Shown: positions 34,678 through 44,227 of the stretch, one piece after another
Layout: the number at the start of each line of letters is the position of its first letter
Position numbering within the stretch: position 1 is the stretch's first letter
IMG/VR virus record: IMGVR_UViG_3300045988_080038
Span: 16,961-80,960 of that record
Source: a virus
Strand: one strand, 5' to 3'
Length of the DNA stretch: 64,000 bases
Position numbers and translations under genes: made by a program
The notes under the pieces: model-generated
What the model was told of the DNA's origin: nothing
The model's input: the letters and a program-made list of their open reading frames with translations, nothing else
The model's database searches: none

Positions 34678-36171
34678 TTACGAGTTTTGATTGATGGCTG
34701 AAGAATTTACCATTGAATCAATTTCAGCCGGATTCTGACTGTTTTTGCCAATCAATTGTTGTGCTTTTTGCATTTCTACGTCTGGGTCTGCCAGTTCGGG
34801 ATATACAGTTCCCAGGTAAGGCAAACTCATTTCATATACCTTTTGTGGATCACTAAATAATCCGCAAGTAATCAGCGCAATCAGCGGATGAATTTTATTC
34901 TTGAACAGATAATCAAGGGCCTGTGCTTTGACAAGCATGTTATCTGTCGGGTTTCTGGTTATCTTTACATCAAAATCTCTTGTTGAGATTGAAATATCCT
35001 TTGTGGTCTGTCGGATGATATTCAGAATGATTCTGGCACTTGTTTTCTCAGCTTCCCGGATAAATGGTTCATCCAGTTTCGCTCTACGTTCTGCGAAATC
35101 CCATCCATTTCTGAGATATACAGCTTGACCAGTATCGCCAGACGATTGTTGCTGCCTATCCGGCATTCCCTCAACAATAAGCATGTTGCTGTAGATATCG
35201 TCTTTTGCAACTTGGCTTTCTGTTTGATTCAGTTCAGCGGTCATCAGGTCAACATCTGACTGGCAACCATTTCCAGTATCCTTTACAGAGATCGCACCAA
35301 GTTTAATCATTTTCAGAAATTCGCTTTCATCAATCTCACAGTTTTTAAACTTCATGAGAGCTTGCACGAACTGCTCTACGCCATCCATCCTGTTTGACTG
35401 CATGTTGTTCATAGTGTCAAACATGGTTATTGCAATCTCGATATCGGAAAGGCGGTCGTGGTTATTCGGGTACTCAACTACCGGGATGCCACTAAAACCA
35501 TTGATGCCGGTTTTTGTAATCTGTCCATTCTGAATCTCAAAATATTGTTTTGCCGAAAAGCATAAATAATACTGCTGTTCATTCTCATCTTTAAGAATCT
35601 GAACCGAGAGCATCGCTTTTCCGGTCTTTCGGGAATAAACAATGTAACAATCCCCCGGATATGGTATAAAAATCCGGAACGGTGGTAACTCACTGTCCTT
35701 TGTCCAGTCATCTTCTTTCAAAATTGCTTTGTATGCGGTCCCTACAGCACTTTGATAAGTACCTAGTTCAATGTTTCTAGCTTCTGCATTTGCTTCGTCC
35801 AGATAATCGTTAAACAGATCTACCTGCTCATTTGCTTCTTCTGTAGCTTTTTTCTTCTTGCATACATACTGGATAGGTTCGCCATATGTCTGTGATGCTT
35901 TGAAGCGGACAACTTCCAGTGCATGGTTCTCGCATACACGGTTGTTAATTTCCGGTCGCACCACTTTTTCTCTATAAAGAATCGGCTGATCTCCTTTGTA
36001 GTACCGGTACAGATAGTCAATCAGTACCCTATTCCGGTTATGAGTACCGATTGTATCAGAAATAACTTTTCTGACATTTGCTGTTGTGATCTGGCTTACA
36101 CCGGTATAGGCAATTTTGCGACCAAACTCGCCCCGGCATAAGTCAATGAAATTCATTTTATTTCTGCCCAC
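34678..36171 (-). CDS. Portal protein (SPP1 gp6-like)
   Basis: 497 aa. Position after terL. Confidence 0.8.
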   Translation of the reverse strand: MGRNKMNFIDLCRGEFGRKIAYTGVSQITTANVRKVISDTIGTHNRNRVLIDYLYRYYKGDQPILYREKVVRPEINNRVCENHALEVVRFKASQTYGEPIQYVCKKKKATEEANEQVDLFNDYLDEANAEARNIELGTYQSAVGTAYKAILKEDDWTKDSELPPFRIFIPYPGDCYIVYSRKTGKAMLSVQILKDENEQQYYLCFSAKQYFEIQNGQITKTGINGFSGIPVVEYPNNHDRLSDIEIAITMFDTMNNMQSNRMDGVEQFVQALMKFKNCEIDESEFLKMIKLGAISVKDTGNGCQSDVDLMTAELNQTESQVAKDDIYSNMLIVEGMPDRQQQSSGDTGQAVYLRNGWDFAERRAKLDEPFIREAEKTSARIILNIIRQTTKDISISTRDFDVKITRNPTDNMLVKAQALDYLFKNKIHPLIALITCGLFSDPQKVYEMSLPYLGTVYPELADPDVEMQKAQQLIGKNSQNPAEIDSMVNSSAINQNS

Positions 36172-36284
36172 TGCCTACACCTCCCATTTTCGGGCATTAA
36201 AAAAGCACCGGATTATTCTCCGATGCTCGTTTTACAGGTTACATTATATTATACATAGAACATATGATTCCATATTAAAACATA

Positions 36285-36722
36285 TTAACTTTCAAAATGC
36301 TTTTGTTTTCGTAGAGCTTCAATAGCTTTTCCATGGCAGGAACGGATATGCTGTACGGAATATCCCATCTCGTCTGCGACCGTGACCAAATTTTTAAATT
36401 CTATGTATCTCTTATGGAGTAAGGATGAGTACATGGAGTTTTCCATGTCATTAATATCTCCGGAAACTTTCATTTGCAATTCTGCCAGTTCCTTGACATC
36501 AGATGCTATTTCCTGCTGCAATTCAACAATTCTGGTTACAGCATCACCAACACGGTCTTTTCCACCGGAAGTCTGCACTTTATCTCCATTTGAAAAAGAA
36601 GATATACTGGTTGCCAAAAGCCTTAAGCGGTATTCTTCCTGTATTTTGTTCTGTATTTTTCTATCAGAATCTTGCACTTGCTCAAGATATTGTCGTGTGT
36701 TCATCTCATTCTCCCTCCCCAT
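36285..36722 (-). CDS. Sigma-region-4-like (DUF1492/ArpU-type) regulator
   Basis: C-terminal LLHKRYIEFKNLVTVADEMGYSVQHIRSCHGKAIEALRK. Located between terL and the portal gene. Confidence 0.5.
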   Translation of the reverse strand: MGRENEMNTRQYLEQVQDSDRKIQNKIQEEYRLRLLATSISSFSNGDKVQTSGGKDRVGDAVTRIVELQQEIASDVKELAELQMKVSGDINDMENSMYSSLLHKRYIEFKNLVTVADEMGYSVQHIRSCHGKAIEALRKQKHFES

Positions 36723-38398
36723 AATGGATTGCGCATAGCTGTCACTGTACCTACATTTCCTTTTTCTATAAACATCTGAAGCTGAGTAAGACCGTCCGGT
36801 GCATCATCATGCACATTCTTTCCGAGCTGGACAAAGAAAGTAAGTTCGTCCATAGCTGCTTGATACTCTTTGCTTCGATGTTCTTCATCCAGAAAAATAA
36901 AGTTTCTTTTTATATCATCTGAATATGCGATGATCTTAGACATTTTCTCCATGTTCCCCGGTGCACGGCTGGATGTACAGCTACATTTATACTTCTGTTC
37001 TTTAAGTTTTTCATCCACGTACATCTTGTACATATCACCACCGTTGTTTGCCTCGAAGTTAATCTGTCGTATCTCGTTTCCAATGATTTTTCCAACAACA
37101 AGTGGAAGGGTAACTTCTTTCGTTCCTTTGTTGAATACCCAGTCAAAAATATAGATATCTCCATTTTCGTATTCTCGCCCAATAGGCATTGAAAGACTAT
37201 CCCCACCGCCCCATGCAACATCACAGGCAGTAACAACACGGCTGTCACCTTCCGGAAGTATTCCATTATAGTACCGAAGTCCATCTTCCGGAAAAAGGAT
37301 TCCTTCACGGATAAATGGATTTTGCTGATATTTGGCTTGCCATTCATTAGCATCCAGCCTTGACTTCATATCCACATAGTATTTTGTAGAAAATCCTACT
37401 CCGTAGTCATAATCAAAGTTGGATTCACCGTTTTCATTTAATGCTGGAATCTTCCTAAAGCGGTACCGTGGATTATTTTTCTTTTTAGTCTCCACTCTTC
37501 CAAGAGGATCCATGACATTCCATCGTGTTCCGACCATTAATTCTCGTGCACCGTCATTTTTACGGTCAACCAGAACGTTCAGATAATCCTGATACCGGTT
37601 TTCCAGACGTGTTGGACTTAATGATTCAGTTCTGTCACGAACAAGGTCATCCACATATAAGTAACCGTCTGAAGATATATCTACGGAACCTGTCCATGTT
37701 CCATCAATACCACGACAAGTCAGCGTCGAAAATCGGTCCGGTGCGCCAAGGTTGATTTCTTTCTTCTCTGCCGATTTCTTTTCAAGAGTTGCAGACGGAA
37801 AGATTTCGTTGAAAGTATATTCTGGTGTCGAAATAAGGTTCTGTATTTCTCCGTAAAATCCATCGGCAAGGATTCCGCTGTGACCGCTCATAGCGTTATG
37901 GCTGTTCGGGCGTTTACCCATTATCCAGGACAGGAAAAATATACAGGTGGTTGACTTTGCGGTTCGGGGCGGCATAGACACGCCAAGAAACTCAATCTTT
38001 CCGTCCTCTAAGTCCTGCAGATCCTGTACGAGAACATTTAATGTCTTTTTTCTCGGCTCGTAGAATTTTCTGCGTGGCTGCCTGTTCTTTTCCATGTAGT
38101 ACAGATAACTCTCGAATAACCATGGAGCTTCCAGCAGCAAATACTGCCAGTAGATATCATCAAAATTACCGCTTCCGGTCAACGCAGCTTGCCTTGCAGC
38201 TACATTATGAGCATACTTGCTTACTTTTATTGCCATTTGTTGTGCTTCTAAATTCTCCGTAAACGGCAAATCAATGTTCATGTTTAACAGCAGATCAAGG
38301 CAGTCTTTCTGATTCTGGTAAACAGACATATCTCCGCTGATGATTTGATTTAAGACTACCCGATACCATTCAAATGAGCCTTCTGTAAATTTTTGCAT
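36701..38398 (-). CDS. terL: Terminase large subunit
   Basis: 565 aa. P-loop-like GVSMPPRTAKST. C-terminal nuclease-type motif VHDDAPDGL. Confidence 0.85.
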   Translation of the reverse strand: MQKFTEGSFEWYRVVLNQIISGDMSVYQNQKDCLDLLLNMNIDLPFTENLEAQQMAIKVSKYAHNVAARQAALTGSGNFDDIYWQYLLLEAPWLFESYLYYMEKNRQPRRKFYEPRKKTLNVLVQDLQDLEDGKIEFLGVSMPPRTAKSTTCIFFLSWIMGKRPNSHNAMSGHSGILADGFYGEIQNLISTPEYTFNEIFPSATLEKKSAEKKEINLGAPDRFSTLTCRGIDGTWTGSVDISSDGYLYVDDLVRDRTESLSPTRLENRYQDYLNVLVDRKNDGARELMVGTRWNVMDPLGRVETKKKNNPRYRFRKIPALNENGESNFDYDYGVGFSTKYYVDMKSRLDANEWQAKYQQNPFIREGILFPEDGLRYYNGILPEGDSRVVTACDVAWGGGDSLSMPIGREYENGDIYIFDWVFNKGTKEVTLPLVVGKIIGNEIRQINFEANNGGDMYKMYVDEKLKEQKYKCSCTSSRAPGNMEKMSKIIAYSDDIKRNFIFLDEEHRSKEYQAAMDELTFFVQLGKNVHDDAPDGLTQLQMFIEKGNVGTVTAMRNPLWGGRMR

Positions 38399-38465
38399 AA
38401 AAATAGAGCCAGACCTCCTTTCTTCTTAGGATTTAGTCTGGCTCTCATGTGGCTCTCTGACTGGT

Positions 38466-38744
38466 TTATTTATTTTTCTTTTTTAATTTCAAGTATTTTC
38501 TATATTTGCGGCTGTATTTCCGAAGAATCAAATCAAGCATGATGCTATTTGTTTGTTCTGTGTTTTCTGACATAGTTGTGAGATACGGATAATCTTCTCT
38601 ATCATCTACTAATGTCTTGAAAATTAAGTCTAAAGCAAACTGAGCGCTGATAGGTGGGTCGCACAGTTCAAAGTCTTTATCCTTGTACCACTCATCAATC
38701 TTCTTTTGGAATCCATCAAACGATATTTCTTCATTCCATATCAT
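38466..38744 (-). CDS. Hypothetical protein
   Basis: ORF track; co-directional, tightly packed. Confidence 0.45.
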   Translation of the reverse strand: MIWNEEISFDGFQKKIDEWYKDKDFELCDPPISAQFALDLIFKTLVDDREDYPYLTTMSENTEQTNSIMLDLILRKYSRKYRKYLKLKKKNK

Positions 38745-38748
38745 ACAT

Positions 38749-39060
38749 TCACCTCACGATGCTTCTAAGTGAATCCCACCACTCGTCTTTTTTATTTATA
38801 TCTTCTACTCGTTCGAACATAAATTTCAACTTATAAATATCTGATTCTGATGCAACAGATTCAGTATGCATGAGTTTGAATTTTCTTTTAAGATATCCAA
38901 TTTCAAGAATGCATTCCTCCGGAAGATCAGTGTAATTCATGACGCATTCTACCAAAACAATTCGTTTATCTTCTTCATGATGTATTTCAATGTCTGCCAG
39001 TGCATTAATGATTTCTTCATCAATAACCTTAACGGGATAATTCACTACACTATATTTCAT
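38749..39060 (-). CDS. Hypothetical protein
   Basis: ORF track. Confidence 0.45.
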   Translation of the reverse strand: MKYSVVNYPVKVIDEEIINALADIEIHHEEDKRIVLVECVMNYTDLPEECILEIGYLKRKFKLMHTESVASESDIYKLKFMFERVEDINKKDEWWDSLRSIVR

Positions 39061-39069
39061 ATATTCACC

Positions 39070-39243
39070 TCAGTCTGGAATTCCTAATTGTTTGTAAGTA
39101 AATACGGCTGTATACTTCTTCCCACACTTGCAGCAAGTTTCCGTAATGGTACAGGTCTTTTCTTTATCGTCGCACTCTGAAATAGCTGAATCCCGGAATC
39201 TACATCCGCCTGTCAGAATACATTTAATCCGTTTTATGTTCAT
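39070..39243 (-). CDS. Small Cys-rich protein
   Basis: Likely start MNIKRIKCILTGGCRFRD...CCKCGKKY within ORF 39070..39363. Confidence 0.35.
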   Translation of the reverse strand: MNIKRIKCILTGGCRFRDSAISECDDKEKTCTITETCCKCGKKYTAVFTYKQLGIPD

Positions 39244-39745
39244 CTGGTTCCTCCAAATAATTGATAATTTCATGTGCGATATGTGCCAATTCCATTCTGG
39301 TATGTCGCTCAAAAAATTCATCAAAGTCAATTTTGAATACTGAATCAAATTTCTGTGATTCATTGATTCTTTTTATAGTTTTATCAAGTTTTGTTTCTGG
39401 ATAAGGTGGGTTTATATAACAAGTCAAAGGATTATTTTCATTATGTACCTCCGAATCGCATATAACCGGATACCATTCAACAGCAGTTCTTTCTCCTGCG
39501 TCTTTTTGAATTAGAATATTTGAAAGTCCTCCAATATAACATTTTATGACCATATCATCATTTTTTATTTTTACTGAATATTCCTTTTGGAATTCAAATG
39601 CAGTGTACTCAGTATAAAATTTTAAAACGGTCTTTGTAATTGGCGGATAAGATGTAAGAAGAATTTCCTCGATATCAATCTGCGCATATGTTTCTATTCC
39701 AAGTTCGATGATCTCAATCGGAATCCTTTTAACCACAATTCTCAT
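39224..39745 (-). CDS. Hypothetical protein
   Basis: ORF track. Confidence 0.45.
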   Translation of the reverse strand: MRIVVKRIPIEIIELGIETYAQIDIEEILLTSYPPITKTVLKFYTEYTAFEFQKEYSVKIKNDDMVIKCYIGGLSNILIQKDAGERTAVEWYPVICDSEVHNENNPLTCYINPPYPETKLDKTIKRINESQKFDSVFKIDFDEFFERHTRMELAHIAHEIINYLEEPDEHKTD

Positions 39746-39975
39746 ACATTTACCTCAAACTCTTTCTTGCAGTTGCTACCCTTGCATTTCAATTTAAGAT
39801 GCCGAATTCTTGTCTCTGGGCTAATCAGAAGTGCTTTCTTCTGGCAAAGCGGGCAGCACGCCCATACGCTTCCTTTTATGTTTTTTATTAACGCCTGCCC
39901 GTCCCATGACTCTGGTGGATTCATGATCTGTGAGAAGTCTATTCCTTCGAATTCGAACGCTGATTTAATGCTCAT
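39742..39975 (-). CDS. Cys-rich KTR-type zinc-ribbon protein
   Basis: CCPLCQKKALLISPETRIRHLKLKCKGSNCKKEFEVNV. Confidence 0.5.
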   Translation of the reverse strand: MSIKSAFEFEGIDFSQIMNPPESWDGQALIKNIKGSVWACCPLCQKKALLISPETRIRHLKLKCKGSNCKKEFEVNV

Positions 39976-40243
39976 CTGATTTTCTCACTCCTTTTCGTCC
40001 TGCAATCTTGCGCTTTTTGGGGAATCCGTGCATTTTGCGGAAATTATTTTGTTTAATTCGATTTGTTAAAAGCAACGAGTAAAGTAATTCTTTTGACAAA
40101 ACAAATTCCGTTCTAAACCCTAACTCTTTTCCGACAGATTGCAGCGAATAATTAATCAAATCTCCCGGAAACTCCGGTATTCCTGATGTATCTATCTCTT
40201 TTTCTCCTATAAAGATCCGCTTCAATTCATCTTTCTCGCCCAT
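39965..40243 (-). CDS. Hypothetical protein
   Basis: ORF track. Confidence 0.4.
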   Translation of the reverse strand: MGEKDELKRIFIGEKEIDTSGIPEFPGDLINYSLQSVGKELGFRTEFVLSKELLYSLLLTNRIKQNNFRKMHGFPKKRKIAGRKGVRKSDEH

Positions 40244-40260
40244 ATCAGCTTATTTTCCTC

Positions 40261-40656
40261 CTAATTGCACGTCTTCCTAAGTTCAAAGGCGCTTCTTAAA
40301 TCTGCTAGCATATCAACCAGCGTATTAACAGTTATCGTCAGTTCGTTAATCCGAACATTGCTCGCCTGGTACAATTTCCGATAATGTTCAAGTTCTTTCG
40401 GTGCATCGCAGAACGGAAGATCTATGGTTCCATCTTTCACCCATGCAGCTGTTTCAATGACTTTATTAGCACGATCGAGATCTTCATGTGCCTTTCTGTT
40501 CTCTTCTACCGTTTTGGCAAAATCTCTCTCCAGCTCAATCCGGCGTTCTTGTAAATCCAAAATTTCATGCTGTCTTTTCTCACATTCTTCAGATAGTCGG
40601 GCAACTTCTTTCTTCAGCTGATCTACCGTCCAGTTCTTCATATCTTCAATCCTCAT
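40261..40656 (-). CDS. Coiled-coil protein
   Basis: ORF track; heptad-rich sequence. Confidence 0.45.
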   Translation of the reverse strand: MRIEDMKNWTVDQLKKEVARLSEECEKRQHEILDLQERRIELERDFAKTVEENRKAHEDLDRANKVIETAAWVKDGTIDLPFCDAPKELEHYRKLYQASNVRINELTITVNTLVDMLADLRSAFELRKTCN

Positions 40657-40668
40657 GGTTTCCTCCCC

Positions 40669-40908
40669 TCAAATCTTGGTAAATGTTTCCATATCGTAAT
40701 TGTTACGGATATGATCCACACATTCACTGAGTTTTTCTTTCAAGATTGGGTCTTTTGCAATGTCCGGATGTATCGTATACATTATGCAACTGCCTTCTCT
40801 TCCCTCTTTCTGGAATTTCCGCCAGTTAAAAGTCATTGTAAACAGTGGAATCCTTGTAAGATTCTTTGTCTTATGCCTTATGTATAGATTGAAAAGTTTC
40901 TTAATCAT
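40669..40908 (-). CDS. Hypothetical protein
   Basis: Start MIKKLFNLYI with AAGGGAG RBS, within ORF 40669..40953. Confidence 0.4.
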   Translation of the reverse strand: MIKKLFNLYIRHKTKNLTRIPLFTMTFNWRKFQKEGREGSCIMYTIHPDIAKDPILKEKLSECVDHIRNNYDMETFTKI

Positions 40909-40927
40909 GGCAATTCTCCCTTTTTCA

Positions 40928-41635
40928 TCATGCTGTTTTCTCAAACAGGCCAAGAATAAACTCCCGACCCATCTGCGTAATCCGTCTATGGTAGATTACT
41001 TTTCCAGAATCCAATACTTCCTGTTTGATTTCCTCATATCCGCAGTCGCTGTAATTGGAGTACATCAACCACGTACCGTTTACCTGATACTGGATCTTCT
41101 TTTCTGACAGAATCCGGTTTAGCTGCATTGCTGATTTCAGCCCCAATTCTTTGGCAATTTCAGTAATGGTATATGTTTTGTTGACGTGCATCAGGATAGC
41201 ATTCTTTCTCTCGGCTTCTACTCTTGCAGCACGTTCCTCTTTCAGTTTAGTCAGAAGCTCGATGCCGAAGTCTGGATTGTTGAGGATATTATCAATAACA
41301 TTGTCTGTAGCATATATGCCATGTTTGTGGATTGATGGTAACACTTCCGATGTTACCCACTTTTTAAAATGTTTAGCAGACGGAAGCTTGCTCGAAAGAA
41401 TAAGGCTGTAAAGACCAGATTCATTAACGATGTACATTTCACGGCTTTGACCTGAGTCGGTGAAACGCCTTGTCAGCTTATCTTCATCATCCACATGTCT
41501 CTTTATTGCATCTGATGTATCTTTATATCCCAATATCTCTGCAACGTCTTTTCCAACGAAATATGGCACTTCCTCAACCATCACTACACGTACAGAACCT
41601 AATTCTGCATTTTTAAAAACTTCCGGTTTATTCAT
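40928..41635 (-). CDS. Antirepressor (Bro-N + KilAC-type C-terminal domain)
   Basis: FKNAELGSVRVVMVEEVPYFVGKDVAEILGY Bro-N motif. Start MNKPEV with GGAGGAAAG RBS. Confidence 0.75.
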   Translation of the reverse strand: MNKPEVFKNAELGSVRVVMVEEVPYFVGKDVAEILGYKDTSDAIKRHVDDEDKLTRRFTDSGQSREMYIVNESGLYSLILSSKLPSAKHFKKWVTSEVLPSIHKHGIYATDNVIDNILNNPDFGIELLTKLKEERAARVEAERKNAILMHVNKTYTITEIAKELGLKSAMQLNRILSEKKIQYQVNGTWLMYSNYSDCGYEEIKQEVLDSGKVIYHRRITQMGREFILGLFEKTA

Positions 41636-41793
41636 TTCTCTCTTTCCTCCCTGTGCTTCATCTGGCACTTGATCATCTTTGCTATATTCTCACGTTCCTG
41701 TTTTATCCCATGCCCTTGCCGAAACAATTCGCATTCAAGGATATTTCCGCACTTGGAACATTCATCTTTGATTTCTTTGCCTGCTATTTGCAT
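41632..41793 (-). CDS. Small Cys-containing protein (53 aa)
   Basis: MQIAGKEIKDECSKCGNILECELF.... ATGA overlap with the antirepressor start and TAATG overlap with the upstream gene. Confidence 0.35.
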   Translation of the reverse strand: MQIAGKEIKDECSKCGNILECELFRQGHGIKQERENIAKMIKCQMKHREEREK

Positions 41794-42098
41794 TATTCGT
41801 CCTCACAATAAATAAAAAGGTGTAGGGCAATTTGTTTAAGATCATTCTTTCCGTATAATCGGATCCCATCTTTTGATTCTCTGCCAATCAGCCAATCTGC
41901 TAATTTAAAAGGTGGTTTAGGGGGTTCTCCCTCTTTTGGGGCTGCCGCTTCAGCATTTGACTGGATAGTAAGTCCGTACCACAAATGACGGTGCCAGTAT
42001 TCCAATGCTTCTGGGCTGCATCTCTCTTCTAATTCCGAAAATACCTTTTTGTAATCAGATAATTCTTTTTTCATTTTCTTTGCTTCTTGTTTTGTCAT
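41793..42098 (-). CDS. Hypothetical protein
   Basis: Start MTKQEAKKMKKEL with GGGAGGG RBS. The longer ORF-track version runs through a tRNA. Confidence 0.45.
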   Translation of the reverse strand: MTKQEAKKMKKELSDYKKVFSELEERCSPEALEYWHRHLWYGLTIQSNAEAAAPKEGEPPKPPFKLADWLIGRESKDGIRLYGKNDLKQIALHLFIYCEDE

Positions 42099-42231
42099 TT
42101 TCAATACCCTCCCAACATTCACAACTATCATCCAACAATCTGAAATCTGCCCGATACTCACTGTCATCATTACAGCATACGCCTTCTTCCAGTGCGTACC
42201 ATTTGCATTTACAACAATAATCTTTTTCCAT
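42055..42231 (-). CDS. Small Cys-rich protein (58 aa)
   Basis: MEKDYCCKCKWYALEEGVCCNDD... with GGGAG RBS. Confidence 0.4.
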   Translation of the reverse strand: MEKDYCCKCKWYALEEGVCCNDDSEYRADFRLLDDSCECWEGIENDKTRSKENEKRII

Positions 42232-42249
42232 AATGTCACTCCCAAAATT

Positions 42250-42307
42250 AAAAAAGTCCGGCGGGTGGACTTGAACCACGCATCGTCGCCCAACGCGAAC
42301 CACCGGA
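42250..42307 (-). other. tRNA-like T-arm/acceptor minihelix followed by a T-run (terminator of the tRNA cluster?)
   Basis: Minus strand TCCGGTGG...CGTGG-TTCAAGT-CCAC-CCGCCGGA-C-TTTTT. Has a T-loop consensus, but no D or anticodon arm can be drawn. Confidence 0.3.
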
Positions 42308-42370
42308 ACCAATCAGAAGGTAAATTTGAGCATTTTGGAAATGCTTTCCGGTAATGGCAATTTACCGGAA

Positions 42371-42441
42371 TCGGAATGGCAGGAATCGAACCTGCGACAC
42401 ATGACTTGTAAGTCACTGCTCTACCGCTGAGCTACATTCCG
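42371..42441 (-). tRNA. tRNA-Val(UAC)-like with a 6-nt anticodon loop
   Basis: Hand-folded: CGGAATG/CATTCCG acceptor, GCTC-AGCGGTA-GAGC D arm, GTGAC-TTACAA-GTCAT anticodon arm, GCAGG-TTCGATT-CCTGC T arm. Confidence 0.55.
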
Positions 42442-42629
42442 TGCCGCTTACCACGGCTGATCACCTCGGTAAATGAATGAGATGATTTCCATTTTGCACA
42501 ACATATAAATGATATGCTTTTCGTACTGCCCAGCAGTCCTCAGGATAAACATCAACCTTTTCCCATGGGTTTAATCCGCTTGAACCATAGGCCGCCCGTG
42601 CACTGACAGCATAGAACGAACGAATTAAT

Positions 42630-42701
42630 TTGCAGGAGACGGATTCGAACCGCCGTTCTCAAGGATATGAGCCTTGTGAGATTCCACTTCTCCATCCTGC
42701 C
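42630..42701 (-). tRNA. tRNA-Met/Ile2 (anticodon CAT)
   Basis: Hand-folded cloverleaf: CAAGG-CTCATAT-CCTTG anticodon arm, GGCGG-TTCGAAT-CCGTC T arm. Position 1-72 is a G.A mismatch. Confidence 0.7.
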
Positions 42702-43000
42702 TTAACCCGGATTGTACCGGGTTAGCAATAGGTTTATCGTGTTATGCTTTCCACTAGACTGTTTTCATCCGTGCCAGTCCCACGGAGTTGTTTCGGAGGA
42801 TTATTCCTGAAATGCCTCTTGAAAACTCCCTGTCGTCAACGTGCACTCATTGGCGACATATTCAACTCAGAGGCAGTACCGAACGGGAAGTTGCTTTTTC
42901 AATCCGGCTACGCCGTTACGTACCTTCTGGAAAACAACCCACATACACACATTCGGCAGTTTTTTCTGCCCATTAAACGGATGGGCAGCTTTGGGAGAAA

Positions 43001-43074
43001 TGGAAGCTCTGGGGCTCGAACCCAGGACCGACCGGTTATGAGCCGGTTACTCTAACCAACTGAGCTAAGCTTCC
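43001..43074 (-). tRNA. tRNA-Met/Ile2 (anticodon CAT)
   Basis: Canonical cloverleaf: GGAAGCT acceptor, GCTC-AGTTGGTTA-GAGT, ACCGG-CTCATAA-CCGGT, CTGGG-TTCGAGC-CCCAG. Confidence 0.85.
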
Positions 43075-43289
43075 TGAGTAGCAAAAAGATACAGGGTCGC
43101 TGCGATATCTGTCTTTTTACTACTGTTGCAGTTCTTGACCGCCAGCTGCAACAAAGGTTGAAACCACCCGGAACATTTGACTGTTCCTTTAGTCATCGCC
43201 GTTGCGATAGGTGGTTAAAGGGTATTTCATGAAAAAAGGAAAAAGAAAATCCAATCTGCATCAAAGGGAAGATGAAGCCCGATGCAGAG

Positions 43290-43361
43290 CGGCGCATGTG
43301 GGATTCGAACCCACGCATGCCGGAGTCAAAGTCCGGTGCGTTACCGCTTCGCCAATGCGCT
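43290..43361 (-). tRNA. tRNA-Gln (anticodon TTG)
   Basis: CCGGA-CTTTGAC-TCCGG anticodon arm, AAGCGGTAA D loop, GTGGG-TTCGAAT-CCCAC T arm, G73. Closely parallels E. coli tRNA-Gln. 1-72 unpaired (A.C). Confidence 0.8.
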
Positions 43362-43676
43362 ATGTTGCGGCAGTCGCTCAACCCTGCCGCACGTGATATA
43401 CTTCAAAAACACCATTGATATATTTATGTTTTCCCTGGAACGCCTGTATCAGTCGTAACTCATTTGGAGGAAATTTGGTTTTGGATATCTGTTTCATTAT
43501 TATAAATCCGTACTGATACAGGCTATCTAGGGATTTCATGCCTCGTCCTGTCCGTGATGAACCTTCCTCCAAGTCCATACGGCGAGGGCTTTACCTTTGC
43601 TTTTATTATTTTAATCCGCTCTACCAATATCAGCGGAATTAAAACCATTGGAAATGCCAGTAACATTTATTTCACC

Positions 43677-43847
43677 TCACAGGGATGTTAAAAATAAAAT
43701 CACGCTTATTCCGGTTCCGACAAGGATCATCGAACAAGCGGCAGATTCCCATTTGTCTTTATTGTTATTTGTCACGATCTCGGAACTTGCCGAAACGAAC
43801 ATCAGAACATTGATTGCAAGTGCAATTATCGTAAATATCGTCCTCAT
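43677..43847 (-). CDS. Small two-TM membrane protein (56 aa)
   Basis: MRTIFTIIALAINVLMFVSA...MILVGTGISVILFLTSL. GGAGGAG RBS. ATGA overlap with the upstream stop. Confidence 0.4.
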   Translation of the reverse strand: MRTIFTIIALAINVLMFVSASSEIVTNNNKDKWESAACSMILVGTGISVILFLTSL

Positions 43848-44227
43848 CGTTCTCCTCCAATCATGAAATCAAGAATCTTTTCTGCTGTCTCTTCTTCAGG
43901 CTCAAATGGAAGCCCACATGTAGAATAGATTTCCAGAGCCGATTTCAGGCTTGATTTGAAGCCTTGGTATATTTCTCCATGTTGAAGCAGTTCGTGTCTT
44001 AAAACTGAAATTGCATCAGTAATTGATTTAGAGCTAACACTAATCTGTGCCAGACATTCCATTTCGATATCCGGGCTCCCCATCATTTCAAAGTTAAACG
44101 TCGGTACTTCATCGACCGCAACATGAAAATCAACTGATTTTACCCTCGGTACTTTATGTTCGTCAATAAAGTACTGTGTCCCTCTCCAGTCATACGGATT
44201 CGGATTTACAATCTTCACAACAGACAT
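43844..44227 (-). CDS. Hypothetical protein
   Basis: Start MSVVKIVNPNPYDW with AAAGGGGA RBS, within ORF 43844..44374. Confidence 0.45.
   Translation of the reverse strand: MSVVKIVNPNPYDWRGTQYFIDEHKVPRVKSVDFHVAVDEVPTFNFEMMGSPDIEMECLAQISVSSKSITDAISVLRHELLQHGEIYQGFKSSLKSALEIYSTCGLPFEPEEETAEKILDFMIGGER

Noticed and set aside
42702-42775. Possible fifth tRNA (D-loop-like AGTCTAGTGG, hairpin AACCCGG-TACAAT-CCGGGTT)
   Set aside because: I could not draw an acceptor stem or an anticodon arm, and the T-like loop has 6 nt. It is probably a degenerate tRNA remnant or spacer hairpin.
42744-43055. Plus-strand ORFs (62-103 aa) across the tRNA array
   Set aside because: They overlap tRNA genes and spacer hairpins, have no RBS, and are likely non-coding.
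43131-43175. Hairpin GTTGCAG...CTGCAAC followed by AAAGGTTGAAAC in the tRNA array, considered as a second CRISPR-repeat-like unit
   Set aside because: It shares only the 8-9-mer with the 50138 element, and such an 8-mer is expected about once per strand in 64 kb. No promoter or terminator brackets it.
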